A DNA stretch of 64,000 nucleotides from Planctomycetales bacterium (GCA_040877365.1 JBBDNU010000153.1:5049-69048), one strand, 5' to 3'. Counted from the stretch's first letter, positions 18,942 to 28,332 are shown. Program-made: numbers and translations. Notes: generated by a model from the sequence alone, not told the origin.

Positions 18942-19671
18942 GCCGCCATTTCGACGCGGCGCGATAGCGGGCGTTCGCCTCGGTCCAGTCGATGTGCTCC
19001 ATGAACTTCTCGACGTATTCCGCCTTGCGATTGTGGTAGTCGATGTAGAAGGCGTGCTCGTAGGTGTCGATCACGACCAGCGGCGCGGCCATCCACAGCA
19101 CGCCCTGCGCGTGCTCGTCGCTGACCACGTTGTAGAGCTTGCCGTTGACCGGATGCAGGACGAGCATCGCCCAACCCGCCGCCTCCTTCGCCGAGGCGGT
19201 GAAGTCCGCCCCCCACTTCTCCAGCGATCCGAATCGCTGCTCGATCGCCCGGCGGAGGTCCTGCTGCGGATCGGGAGCTTCCGCGGCCATCCCGTCGAAG
19301 TACAGTTCGTGCAGGACGACGCTGTTCCCCCGGCTGTTGATCGTCCGCTTGAGCGCCCCGAAGGCCGCCGCGTCGAGCGGCGTGCCGCTTTGGACGCTCT
19401 CTTCCAGCCGCTTGTCGGCGGCCAGATAGCCGTTGAGCGCCCCGCCGTAGTGCGCCGTGTGGTGCGGGGCGATCTGGGCGGCGCTCAGGAAGCCGGGGAT
19501 CGACTGCTGCTTGAGCGGCTTCGGCTTTCCCGTCACGAGGCCGCTGCCCGAACGAGACGGACCGCGATCTCCGGGTTCGTCTCCGGCCGCCGCCAGCCCG
19601 GAGACCAGAAGGTTGCCCGCCGCCGCGCCGGACGACAGCAACACGAAATCGCGACGCGAGATTCCGCTCAT
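18718..19671 (-). CDS. Fe/Mn-family superoxide dismutase with Tat signal
   Basis: Tat motif SRRDFVL. SOD motifs APHHTAHYGGALNGY and DTYEHAFYIDYHNRKAEYV. The conserved domain ends near 18952, but the frame stays open for a further 78 Arg/Pro/Ala-rich codons down to 18718. Confidence 0.85.
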   Translation of the reverse strand: MSGISRRDFVLLSSGAAAGNLLVSGLAAAGDEPGDRGPSRSGSGLVTGKPKPLKQQSIPGFLSAAQIAPHHTAHYGGALNGYLAADKRLEESVQSGTPLDAAAFGALKRTINSRGNSVVLHELYFDGMAAEAPDPQQDLRRAIEQRFGSLEKWGADFTASAKEAAGWAMLVLHPVNGKLYNVVSDEHAQGVLWMAAPLVVIDTYEHAFYIDYHNRKAEYVEKFMEHIDWTEANARYRAASKWRLTDPAVPARTRGRSSPTPARGPARTPSRSRVPSAPRTPAAGRTAGRAGRAPAFPAPGGRSAAGRGISSRRKRMR

Positions 19672-19867
19672 GACGGTCTCCTTTCAGCGGCCTTTCTGAC
19701 AAGCATGACGCCACACGAGAATTCATCGACACCAGCCGCGGGTTCGTTCGCACATGCCGCCAGTATACCCGCGACGGTGCCGACCGGCGCCTTTCCCGCG
19801 AGGGCCCCTCGGCTGGGGCCCCGGAGCATCCATACGTCCTCGGGAGTGTGCCGGATTCGCTCGCGCC

Positions 19868-22828
19868 TCAGTTCCCGCTGCGGCGCATCGCGGCCCGGGC
19901 GCGGAGCCCGCCTTCCTCGAAAGTCAGTCCGAAATCGAACGACTCCACGTCCCGCAGCAGTTGCGGCAGGCCCGGGCCGGGCTGCGGCGCGCCGGGATGG
20001 CCGAAGGCGGTCGACTCCATCGTCCGGAACTCTTCGTTCCAGATGTAGCTTCCGCCGCCGGGGCAGGTGAGCTTCGTCTGCCAGAAGCGGAGGTGGACCG
20101 CGAGCGGATCCTGCTGCGGATAGCGGCGCTTCCACTCGTTGAGGATCGCCAGGTTCGCCCACGAGCGGTTCTGCATCTCGCGGCGATAGGTGTTGCCTTC
20201 CAGAGGCCCGGTCAGTTCGATGAACTTCCGGTCGAAGGTCACTCCCACGCTGTCGCCGAGCCACGCCCGCGGCTCGGCCGGCGGTTCGGAGGCGTCGGGT
20301 TGCGCGGCGGCGGCGACCGGCCCCGCTTGGGCCTGCTTGCGTCGCTCCGCCTCGCGGTCGAGCGACCGCTTGAGCAGCTCCTCGTCGAGCGTCACGACGA
20401 GCGACGCGGGGGTGGGGGCGTAATAGATCGCCCAGTTCCTCGCGCCGAACAGCGGATCGCGCACTTCGCCGGCGGAGCTGATCTTCACGTACGAGAAGTC
20501 GCCGTGCTCGATCGTCTCCCACCGCGTGAGGTTCGGGGCCGATTGCATCACCGTCGTGCGCACGCCCGCCAGGAACACGGCAAGCTTGAGACTGTCGGAG
20601 ACTTCGGCCCGCAGGGCGATTGGTATCCGGTGAACATTGTCCTCGAGGAACCGCCTTTTGTCCTCGGCGTCGGCTTCCTCCTTCCAGAAAGGGGAGTCGT
20701 CGAGGTAGATGGAAACCGAGTCCCCCAGCCAGGAAAGCGGGTTGATCTTCACGTCGGAAAGGTTTCCCTTCACCATGTCGCCCACCCAGTTGACCATCGG
20801 CGACTTCCTGTCGATCGCCAGGACCGCGTGGACGAGCGAGCCGGCGTGCCGGTCTCCCGACCGCACCCCGATCTTCGAGCCTCCCGCGATGTCCACGAGC
20901 CAACGGTAATCGGTGTTGTCGATCAGCGGCATCACCGTCACGTCGGCCGCCAGCCGGTCCGGTCGCGCGTCGATGCTGACGGCGATCGGGTCGAAGTAGT
21001 TGCTCCAGTTCTGCTGATAGCCCCGCCGCCAGCGCTCGTAGGTCTGCGCCTCGGCCGGCGTGACGCGCGTGAACTCGAGCTCGCTGATCGGCGTGAGGAA
21101 CTCGAGCGTGTTGTAGGTGGCCGAAGTCACGCCGGCAGGGGCGAGGTGCACCGAACCCAGGTCGGGCACGTGCAGCTTCGTATCGAGCAACTGCCGGTCG
21201 GGCTTGCCCCGCACGAGTTCGTCGAGATGCGCCGCCTGCAACTGGGCGAGCACCGCCGCGGCCCGCGTCCGCCGGGAGGTGGCGATCCGCCACTTCGGCC
21301 CGCACCACTTGCGAATGGCGGCGTCGGTGATGACCAGGAAGCCGGTCTCGTCCTTCCGGTCGCGCGGATAGCGGGTGCGGAAGAAGTGGTATTCGGGGAG
21401 CTTCGCCAGCGAGTTCGCTTCCGTCTGCGACGCCGTCACGATCGAGTGCATCTGCGCCAGCGAGTTCGTGACGGCGATGCACCCCGGCAGCTCGAACACG
21501 TAGGAGCTGACCGAGCGGTCCGCGCTCGCGACCCCTTGATACGCCACCCCTGCGATTTCACCCTGCACCCGCTGCGCCTGGCGGTGTTTTTGCGCCGCGG
21601 CCTGCTGGCGGGCCACGATGTACTCCATGAGCGGCCGGGGCGTCTTCGGCTCGAACAGCACGGCGAGATCGGTCCCCGTGCGGAGGTACGGATCGGACCC
21701 GGTGACCGCCACGCTCTGGACCACTTGGTTCCCCAGCAGCCGCGAGATCGCGCTCACCGACAGGCACAACTGCTCCTGGTACCGCTCCTTGACGCGGGCG
21801 TCCTCGACGCGGGACTGGACGAGGTTGAGCACCGGCGTCCCCCCCGCGTCCGCTTCGTCGATCAGCTTGACCATCGCATTGAACGTGGGGAAGAACAACG
21901 CGTACTGATCGTGCGGAACGACCTTCGCCAGCGGGTCGAGCTCCGGCTCTTTCCCCTTCAGCCGCGACGCCCAGTCGAACTCGCGGACGGTGATCCCTTG
22001 CAACGATGCCAGCTCGACGGTCGGGTGGTCGGCGGCGGTCTCGGGGAGCAGCCGGTCGAGCTGCAGGTTCTCGCTCACCGCCCGGCCGCCGGAGAGAAGC
22101 TGGAACGTGGCCTCGAAATGGTCGCTCGTGCGCGGCGTGCCGGTGTTCGCCGCGGTCAGGCCGAGCACGGCTTCCAAGCTCTTCCCTTCGAGCGCCGCGC
22201 GGGCGGCGCGCTGCTCGTGGCGGAACCACGCCGCGCCGGGACTGGCCTGTTCGAGCAGCGCCGCGTAGTGCGCCTCCTTCATCTGGTGGAACTGCCGGCG
22301 GACGAGCGGAGCGGTCTTCTGCCCGGTTTTCTGCGCCGGGACCGTGAAGCGGACCTTCGTCATGCCGGCCGGTTCGCGCGTGGGGATATACAACGTCCCG
22401 ACGACGTCCTTCTCCGCCGGAGCGCGGATGACGATGGGAGGGACCGACCGCGGCGCGGGATCCCGCGGCCCGTCGGCGTCGCCGTCAGCGGGGGCCGGCG
22501 CGGGGGCAGGCTCGCCGCGGTCGATTTGTCGCAGTTCCCATGCCTGCTGTTCCCAGTGCGGGACGCTCGCCCAGCCTCCGAGTGAGGCGGAGATGTAGAT
22601 CTCCCCTTCGCCGTCGAGCACCGCGTAGGTCCGCGTCCAGGGATGACTCCACCGATCGGCGGCGACGTGAAACGGCTCCGGCAGCTTTCCTTCGATGATC
22701 TGCAACTGATTCGGGCGGAGCGCGTAGAAGGCGTCCTCCGCGGCCTCTTCCGCGAGAACGGGCGACGCGAGGACCAGCAGCGACGCCGCGGCCCACAGGG
22801 GCCGCATCCAGCGGTTGCGCGACGACAT
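19868..22828 (-). CDS. large secreted protein, unknown function
   Basis: 986 aa from MSSRNRWMRPLWAAASLLVLASPVLA (signal peptide). AAGGAG RBS upstream. Composition is non-biased and coding-like throughout. No family recognised. Confidence 0.8.
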   Translation of the reverse strand: MSSRNRWMRPLWAAASLLVLASPVLAEEAAEDAFYALRPNQLQIIEGKLPEPFHVAADRWSHPWTRTYAVLDGEGEIYISASLGGWASVPHWEQQAWELRQIDRGEPAPAPAPADGDADGPRDPAPRSVPPIVIRAPAEKDVVGTLYIPTREPAGMTKVRFTVPAQKTGQKTAPLVRRQFHQMKEAHYAALLEQASPGAAWFRHEQRAARAALEGKSLEAVLGLTAANTGTPRTSDHFEATFQLLSGGRAVSENLQLDRLLPETAADHPTVELASLQGITVREFDWASRLKGKEPELDPLAKVVPHDQYALFFPTFNAMVKLIDEADAGGTPVLNLVQSRVEDARVKERYQEQLCLSVSAISRLLGNQVVQSVAVTGSDPYLRTGTDLAVLFEPKTPRPLMEYIVARQQAAAQKHRQAQRVQGEIAGVAYQGVASADRSVSSYVFELPGCIAVTNSLAQMHSIVTASQTEANSLAKLPEYHFFRTRYPRDRKDETGFLVITDAAIRKWCGPKWRIATSRRTRAAAVLAQLQAAHLDELVRGKPDRQLLDTKLHVPDLGSVHLAPAGVTSATYNTLEFLTPISELEFTRVTPAEAQTYERWRRGYQQNWSNYFDPIAVSIDARPDRLAADVTVMPLIDNTDYRWLVDIAGGSKIGVRSGDRHAGSLVHAVLAIDRKSPMVNWVGDMVKGNLSDVKINPLSWLGDSVSIYLDDSPFWKEEADAEDKRRFLEDNVHRIPIALRAEVSDSLKLAVFLAGVRTTVMQSAPNLTRWETIEHGDFSYVKISSAGEVRDPLFGARNWAIYYAPTPASLVVTLDEELLKRSLDREAERRKQAQAGPVAAAAQPDASEPPAEPRAWLGDSVGVTFDRKFIELTGPLEGNTYRREMQNRSWANLAILNEWKRRYPQQDPLAVHLRFWQTKLTCPGGGSYIWNEEFRTMESTAFGHPGAPQPGPGLPQLLRDVESFDFGLTFEEGGLRARAAMRRSGN

Positions 22829-23053
22829 GGCGAATCTCCTTGCGGGAACGTGACTTCGATCGATCCGGCACACACCGCCCGACGGGCGCACTCGGCCATC
22901 GATCACGCAGGCGGCGGCCGGAGAGCGGATATCACGCGCAAATTCGGGAAATTCGGAAAGTCGTCGTCCGCCCTACGGGGATCGACGGGCTGCTGCGGAT
23001 CTTGTACATATCACTTGGTCTTTGCCATGCACTCCGGACCCGAGGAGCCGACG

Positions 23054-24268
23054 ATGCATATCGCACGCCCTGCGGCGCGGCTGTCCGCCTTCCTCGCATG
23101 CATGCTGATCGCCGTGATTCCAGAGGGCGCAGAGGCCACCAGCTATCAGCTGACGCACTCCGAGTTGGCCGCGGAGTCGGTCGTCGTTCTCGCGGAGTGG
23201 GTCGACGGGGAACCGCCGCGGACCGTGATCGACAAGCGGCCGGGGTGCGACGACGTAGTGGAAGAGTCCGTCGGCCGCGCGACGTTCCGGATCGTCCGCA
23301 CGCGCGAAGGAGCGAGCGACGTCGCCGTGGGGCAGGAGATTGCTTACCCCCGTCATGTCGATGCGAAGAAGGGTGACCGCTTCCTGTTGGTGCGAGACAC
23401 GATCGACGATCCTCGCGTGCCATATTGGTCCGCCTCGGGCGGACTGTCGGATGCCGGCTTTGATTACATCGCGAAACTCCCCGCCCTGGACGAACCGGCT
23501 GCCAGGCGCCTCGAATACTTCGTGCGGTTCCTCGAATTCAACGATCCCCAGGTCGCCGCGGATGCATTCACCGAATTCGAGAGGGCGTCGTACGCTGATA
23601 TCGTGGCAATCACCGACAAACTGCCGCGACACAAGCTCCGCAAGTGGGTCGCGGCGATGGACCCGCGGAAGGACCGCCAACTGGAGTTGTACGGCGGCCT
23701 GTGCGGCGACGCGAGCGACGCCGAGCTGCTGCGGAAGCGGATCGTGGATGAGCCTCGCGCCTCCGACAAAGCGGATTTCCGCGTGGGAATCGGGGGAATG
23801 ATGGACGGCTACCTGCTGCTCGCCGGCGAAAAAGGTCTGGCGGTGCTGGAGCGCGAGTTCCTCTCGAATCGCCACGTTCACCTTTCCGAGACCTACGCCG
23901 CGATGCAGGCGGTCCACTTCATGTGGGAGCATGGCGGCGGAAAGATCGGCAAGGAGAGGCTCCGCGAGTCGATGCGGCTATTGCTGGATCATCCCGATCT
24001 GGTCGATTTCGCCATCGCTTATTTGACGCGCTGGAAGGATTGGAGCGTGCGGGACCATGTGCTGAAGCTGTACGGCGCCGCCGAATTCGACATCCCGCCG
24101 GTGAAGCGGGCAATCATCCGCTATTTCCTCCTGTGCGCGCGCGACGTGTCGGCCGACGCGAAAACCAATCCGCCGCACGTGGCCGAGGCGAAACGGCGCC
24201 TCGAAGATTTCCGCCGCCGCGATCCGCAGTTGGTGGCCGACGTCGAGCGGTTACTCGATCTCGAATGA
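23054..24268 (+). CDS. secreted protein, unknown function (helical C-terminal half)
   Basis: GAGGAG RBS and signal-like MHIARPAARLSAFLACMLIAVIPEGAEA. Transcribed divergently from 19868-22828. Confidence 0.7.
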   Translation: MHIARPAARLSAFLACMLIAVIPEGAEATSYQLTHSELAAESVVVLAEWVDGEPPRTVIDKRPGCDDVVEESVGRATFRIVRTREGASDVAVGQEIAYPRHVDAKKGDRFLLVRDTIDDPRVPYWSASGGLSDAGFDYIAKLPALDEPAARRLEYFVRFLEFNDPQVAADAFTEFERASYADIVAITDKLPRHKLRKWVAAMDPRKDRQLELYGGLCGDASDAELLRKRIVDEPRASDKADFRVGIGGMMDGYLLLAGEKGLAVLEREFLSNRHVHLSETYAAMQAVHFMWEHGGGKIGKERLRESMRLLLDHPDLVDFAIAYLTRWKDWSVRDHVLKLYGAAEFDIPPVKRAIIRYFLLCARDVSADAKTNPPHVAEAKRRLEDFRRRDPQLVADVERLLDLE

Positions 24269-24464
24269 TTCCTGTCGAACGTCCGGCCGTTCGCGAGAGG
24301 AAGCGGTCGCTGCGATGACGTCCCCGGCCGAAGTTCCACGGGGTCGCGCTCGATCGGGCGCGTTCGTGCGGCGGATCGACCGGCCTTGACGCTGGATCCG
24401 ACCCGACGAGGATCCTCGCCCGTCCATGAGCATCAAGCCCGACTTTTTCCGATATCTCGAGCGA

Positions 24465-24548
24465 GTAGGGTGCGTCAACGCTCTGCGCAGACGCACCGCG
24501 GAGATGGCCGGGATTGGTGCGTCCGCGCAAAGCCTTGACGCACCCTAC
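24465..24548. repeat. nested palindromic REP-like element between convergent genes
   Basis: Outer arms are GTAGGGTGCGTCAA and TTGACGCACCCTAC (14 bp, perfect). Inner arms are CGCTCTGCGCAGACGCACC and GGTGCGTCCGCGCAAAGCC (imperfect). It ends 2 nt before the stop codon of the minus-strand oxidoreductase. Confidence 0.85.
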
Positions 24549-24550
24549 GG

Positions 24551-25963
24551 CTACAACACCCTCGTCACCCCCGGCACCGCCACCGGATACTCTCCCGCGG
24601 CGTTCGGCAGGACCGGCGGGAGGGCGTTCCAGTCGTAGCTCTGCGGCATGATGCTCAACTCGCTGGCGAGCGCGTCCGCCAACTGCACTTCCTTGCCGGA
24701 GTACGTCGCCATCCGGCCGAAGATCGCCGTCATCGTCGAGAGGGCGCCGTTCTCCCCTTCGTTGTAGGGACGGTCGCTGCGGATGGCGGCGAACAGGTCG
24801 TCGTGCTCGGTCTGGTACGGGTCGTTCTTCGGGCCGCGGTAGCGCCACGCGACTCCCCTCCCTTCCAGGGAGGGGTTGGGGGAGGGTCCGCCTGCGGCGT
24901 TCGTTCCGGCCACCCTCCCCCTGCCCCCTCCCTGAGAGGGAGGGGAATAGATCGCCGAGCCGCTGATGTCCGCCGTGCCTTTCGTGCCCTGCGCGTGCTC
25001 CGAGACGCTGTTCCAGCAGCCGCGGATGTGCCGGCACTGGCTGTACATCCGCGTGCCGTCGGCATAGACGTATTCGACCGCGTGATGGTCGAAGATGTCG
25101 CCGTAGCGGGCGTCGGTGCGGACTTCGCGGCCCCCCATGCCGTAGGCGGTGACGGGATAGCTCCCCTTGAGCCAGTTGCCCACGTCGAGGTTGTGGATGT
25201 GCTGCTCGACGATGTGATCGCCGCAGAGCCAGTTGTAGTAGTACCAGTTGCGCATCTGGTACTCCATCTCGGTCTTCGTCTGCTCGCGGGTGCGGCGGGG
25301 CTCCCACACCCCGCTGCCGTTCCAGTAGCAGCGGAGGGCGACGATCTCGCCGATCGCCCCGTCGTGGAGCTGCTTCATCGTCTCGAGGTAGCTGTTCTGA
25401 TGGTGCCGCTGCAAGCCGACGCCGACCTTGAGGTTCTTCTCCTTGGCGACCTTCACCGCCTCGAGGAACTTCCGCACGCCGGGGGCGTCGGTAGCGACCG
25501 GCTTCTCGGCGAAGACGTGCTTGCCGGCCCGGACGGCGGCCTCGAAATGGATCGGCCGGAACCCGGGGGGCGTGGCGAGGATCACCAAGTCGACGCCGCT
25601 GGCGATCACCCCCTGATAGGCGTCGAACCCGGAGAAAACGTGCTCGTCGATCACCTGCACCCGCTCGGCGGCCCGCTCGCCGAGCGCCCCCTGGATCCGC
25701 CGCAGCGCCCCGCGGGCCTGGTCCTCGAAGGCGTCCCCCACCGCGACGAGTTTGACGGGACCATCGGTGGAAAGCGCCTGCACGGCCGCCCCGCTCCCGC
25801 GGCCGCCGCAGCCGATCAGCCCGACCTTGATCGTCGAGTCCTGCCCGGCATAGGCCCGCGCCGGCAGCGCGAGGCCGCCGAGCAACCCGGCCCCGACGGC
25901 GGCCTTGGTGGAGGTCGAGAGGAACTCGCGGCGGGAGGGACGAGCGGCGGGCGAATCGGACAT
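24551..25963 (-). CDS. Gfo/Idh/MocA-family oxidoreductase with Tat signal
   Basis: Tat signal SRREFLSTSTKAAVGAG. Rossmann motif IKVGLIGCGGRGSGAA and EKPVATD motif. It carries an in-frame palindromic insertion at 24855-24945. Confidence 0.9.
   Translation of the reverse strand: MSDSPAARPSRREFLSTSTKAAVGAGLLGGLALPARAYAGQDSTIKVGLIGCGGRGSGAAVQALSTDGPVKLVAVGDAFEDQARGALRRIQGALGERAAERVQVIDEHVFSGFDAYQGVIASGVDLVILATPPGFRPIHFEAAVRAGKHVFAEKPVATDAPGVRKFLEAVKVAKEKNLKVGVGLQRHHQNSYLETMKQLHDGAIGEIVALRCYWNGSGVWEPRRTREQTKTEMEYQMRNWYYYNWLCGDHIVEQHIHNLDVGNWLKGSYPVTAYGMGGREVRTDARYGDIFDHHAVEYVYADGTRMYSQCRHIRGCWNSVSEHAQGTKGTADISGSAIYSPPSQGGGRGRVAGTNAAGGPSPNPSLEGRGVAWRYRGPKNDPYQTEHDDLFAAIRSDRPYNEGENGALSTMTAIFGRMATYSGKEVQLADALASELSIMPQSYDWNALPPVLPNAAGEYPVAVPGVTRVL
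24855..24945. repeat. three consecutive GC-rich hairpins inside the oxidoreductase CDS (in-frame palindromic element)
   Basis: H1 is CCCCTCCC/GGGAGGGG (24855-24875). H2 is GGGGGAGGGT/ACCCTCCCCC (24878-24921). H3 is CCCCTCCCT/AGGGAGGGG (24925-24945). The encoded segment is ...SQGGGRGRVAGTNAAGGPSPNPSLEGRG... Confidence 0.8.
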
Positions 25964-26179
25964 CGCGGCTTCCTTCGTGCGGGAGGGACGTTACGCGAGC
26001 AAACGCACCCGCCGACGATAAACGCCCCGCGGAGGAAAGGCAACGGCGAAGTCGATTCGCCGATCCGCCCTTGTGACGCGCGGACGGACGATGGACGACT
26101 GGAGAGAGGCCAGGTTTCGATGGACTCGCCATCGGCGCGGCGACGGGCGAAGTCCGGGCATGGCCGCGGTCGACCGGGG

Positions 26180-27511
26180 CTACTTCTTCTTGTACCGGTA
26201 AGCCCAGATCGTGCCGCCGTCCCCGCTGTCGCCGGCGAAGTGGCAGTAGAACGCGTTCGTCGCGGGGTCGAAGCCGCCGTGGCTGCCGTCGCGCGTGGCG
26301 CCGATGACTTCGGCGGGCAACGGCAGCGGATCCTCCCAAGTGTTCGTTTCCGGATGGTAGGCGTATACCGAGGGCTGCGAGCCTTGGCCCCCCTTCCAGC
26401 GAAGGATCACGAGACGGTCGTTGGCGGCATCGAACTGGAAGATCGACTCGTAGGCGGTCGAAGGGGAAGGGGCGGGGCCTTTCGTCTGCGGCCGGCTCCA
26501 CTCGTTCTTCCGCATGTCGTAGATCAGGAAGCCGTTGCCGGCGTTCCCTTCCCCGCGGGCGTGATAGTAGGCGCGGTCCCGTTTGGGATCGTAGGCGACG
26601 CAGTGGTCGATGCCGGTGGGGGGCGTCCCCTGTGGCTTCGCATCGACCCAGGTCCGCTTGTCCTGATCGAGGAACCAGACGCCGTCCGTCCCGCCGTACC
26701 AGAACTGCCTTTTGCTATCGACATAGGTCATCACGTTCGCGCCATAAGGCTGGCCGCCCGGAGCGAGATCGACGGGATAGACCTCCCATTTCCCGGTCGC
26801 CACATCGTAGAAAAACGGCGAGAGCGGTTTCGTCCCCTTGCCGCGGCGCTGCTCCTGGAACAGCCGGTTCGCCTCGGCGAACACGCCCCGCTCGCCGATG
26901 GTGAAGTAATTGGCGAACTGGCCGCCGAATGTGAGGAACTTCTTGCGTTCGGGGTCGTAGCCGAGGTAACCGTAAGCGTGGATCAACAGCGGCGGGACCG
27001 GCTCGCCCTCCGCGTCGACGAGGACGCCGTCGCCGTTGACCGTCAGTTCCTTGTCGCGGATCCGTCGCGTGATGGCCCGCGTGTCGATGCCGGGATACAC
27101 GCAAATCCAGCGATGGGCGTTGATGTCATAGAAGAAAAGGTCGTTCATGTAGTGCCCATCGGGCTTGACGAACGCGTGGACCCCTTCGGCGAAGATGAAC
27201 ATGCCGCCGAGGTTCGACGCGACCGGTTGAGTGGAGCTCCACGAGCGGCCGCGGGCGGCGCCCCACTTGGGATCGGCGGCGGGGGCGCCGAGCGCGACCC
27301 ACTCGTTGCTCCCCAGCGCCTTGATCTTCGCCATGTGCGGCCCGGGTGGCGAAGGCAGCTCCGCCAGAGGCCCTTTGGCGGTCGATCGCGGCTCGTGCGC
27401 GCCGGCCTCTTGTGCGGAGGCGGAACCGCCGCCCAGCAACGCGACGCTCAAGAGCCATGCCGGGATCAGGCGCGTGGCGACGCGGGCGGTTGCGAACTCG
27501 GCGATGCGCAT
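26180..27511 (-). CDS. secreted Kelch-like beta-propeller protein (paralogue family, copy 1)
   Basis: Signal peptide. Repeated ...Y(D/V)....W... blade-like segments. C-terminal WAYRYKKK is shared in type with 32037-33422 and 62800-63984. AAAGGAG RBS. Confidence 0.75.
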   Translation of the reverse strand: MRIAEFATARVATRLIPAWLLSVALLGGGSASAQEAGAHEPRSTAKGPLAELPSPPGPHMAKIKALGSNEWVALGAPAADPKWGAARGRSWSSTQPVASNLGGMFIFAEGVHAFVKPDGHYMNDLFFYDINAHRWICVYPGIDTRAITRRIRDKELTVNGDGVLVDAEGEPVPPLLIHAYGYLGYDPERKKFLTFGGQFANYFTIGERGVFAEANRLFQEQRRGKGTKPLSPFFYDVATGKWEVYPVDLAPGGQPYGANVMTYVDSKRQFWYGGTDGVWFLDQDKRTWVDAKPQGTPPTGIDHCVAYDPKRDRAYYHARGEGNAGNGFLIYDMRKNEWSRPQTKGPAPSPSTAYESIFQFDAANDRLVILRWKGGQGSQPSVYAYHPETNTWEDPLPLPAEVIGATRDGSHGGFDPATNAFYCHFAGDSGDGGTIWAYRYKKK

Positions 27512-27789
27512 GGCTGTTGCTCCTTTTCGAGGCGGGTTTGGATTGTTCGTGGTTGCAGATCTCTCTCTGTGCTGCGAGGAAGAGAACTATGACAAGATCT
27601 ACTATGTGGATTCGGACCGCGGCCGGCGGTCTGCTGCTCCGCAGCACGAGCAGCGGGGAACGATGGTGCGTTTTCCTCCGCGCGGAGAAAGCGTTCGATC
27701 CTTCGTCGAGGGAAACTCCACGTGATGCTCGACCTCGCCCAGCCACGCATCCCCACGGACGCACTCCAGATCGAAGCAGGCGCCGCCGT

Positions 27790-28332
27790 TCATCCACTTG
27801 CCTCTTGACCAAATTCAGCAGCCGAGACCCCGACGGCGCCGAGTCGGGCGGAATGCAGATACGGGGTTTCCAAGTCGTCGAGGCGAGTGTCGGGGAAATC
27901 GGCCGCGACGGAAATCCGGAGCTTCCAACCGTCGTGAGGGGCCGAGATCACGATTTCGCTGAATTCCGGCGTTTCCCAGTGCGCGGCACCGACGTAGATC
28001 GACTCGATCCACAGTTCGCGTTGAAGTCGCTCCAGATCAGCGGCTTCCCACCGAACCGACACCACCGGACTGATCGTCAACCGCGACTTCGCGACGTGCA
28101 TGTCGAGTGCTCCGCCCCCTTCGGTGTATCCAAGTTCCCAACAGTCGCGCTCCAGCACGATCGCGACCTTCTTTCCGCGGCGCGTTACCGCCTCCGGTAA
28201 GAACCGGGCGTCGTGCAGATAGCTGCAGAGGAACTGCACGTCGTGAACGAAATTCGGATCGCAGCGCGCCCGGAAGCGCAGCGGGCGGACTTTATCGCGA
28301 CGGAAGAGGGCGGAATAGTCGGGGAGGTTCAA
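27790..28332 (-). CDS. hypothetical protein (about 180 aa)
   Basis: Coding-like composition from NLPDYSALFRRDK onward. The nearest in-frame start is TTG at 28332. The upstream part of the 238-aa ORF is the palindromic element 28426-28506. No family recognised. Confidence 0.5.
   Translation of the reverse strand: MNLPDYSALFRRDKVRPLRFRARCDPNFVHDVQFLCSYLHDARFLPEAVTRRGKKVAIVLERDCWELGYTEGGGALDMHVAKSRLTISPVVSVRWEAADLERLQRELWIESIYVGAAHWETPEFSEIVISAPHDGWKLRISVAADFPDTRLDDLETPYLHSARLGAVGVSAAEFGQEASG

Noticed and set aside
19754-22585. 943-aa plus-strand ORF
   Set aside because: It is antisense to the 986-aa secreted protein gene. It is Arg/Pro/Val/Glu-rich without hydrophobic-core periodicity, whereas the minus-strand product has a signal peptide, an RBS and balanced composition.
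24114-27592. 795-aa minus and 929-aa plus ORFs spanning the oxidoreductase and Kelch genes
   Set aside because: They are alternative or antisense frames of two motif-supported genes (24551-25963, 26180-27511), with strongly biased composition.
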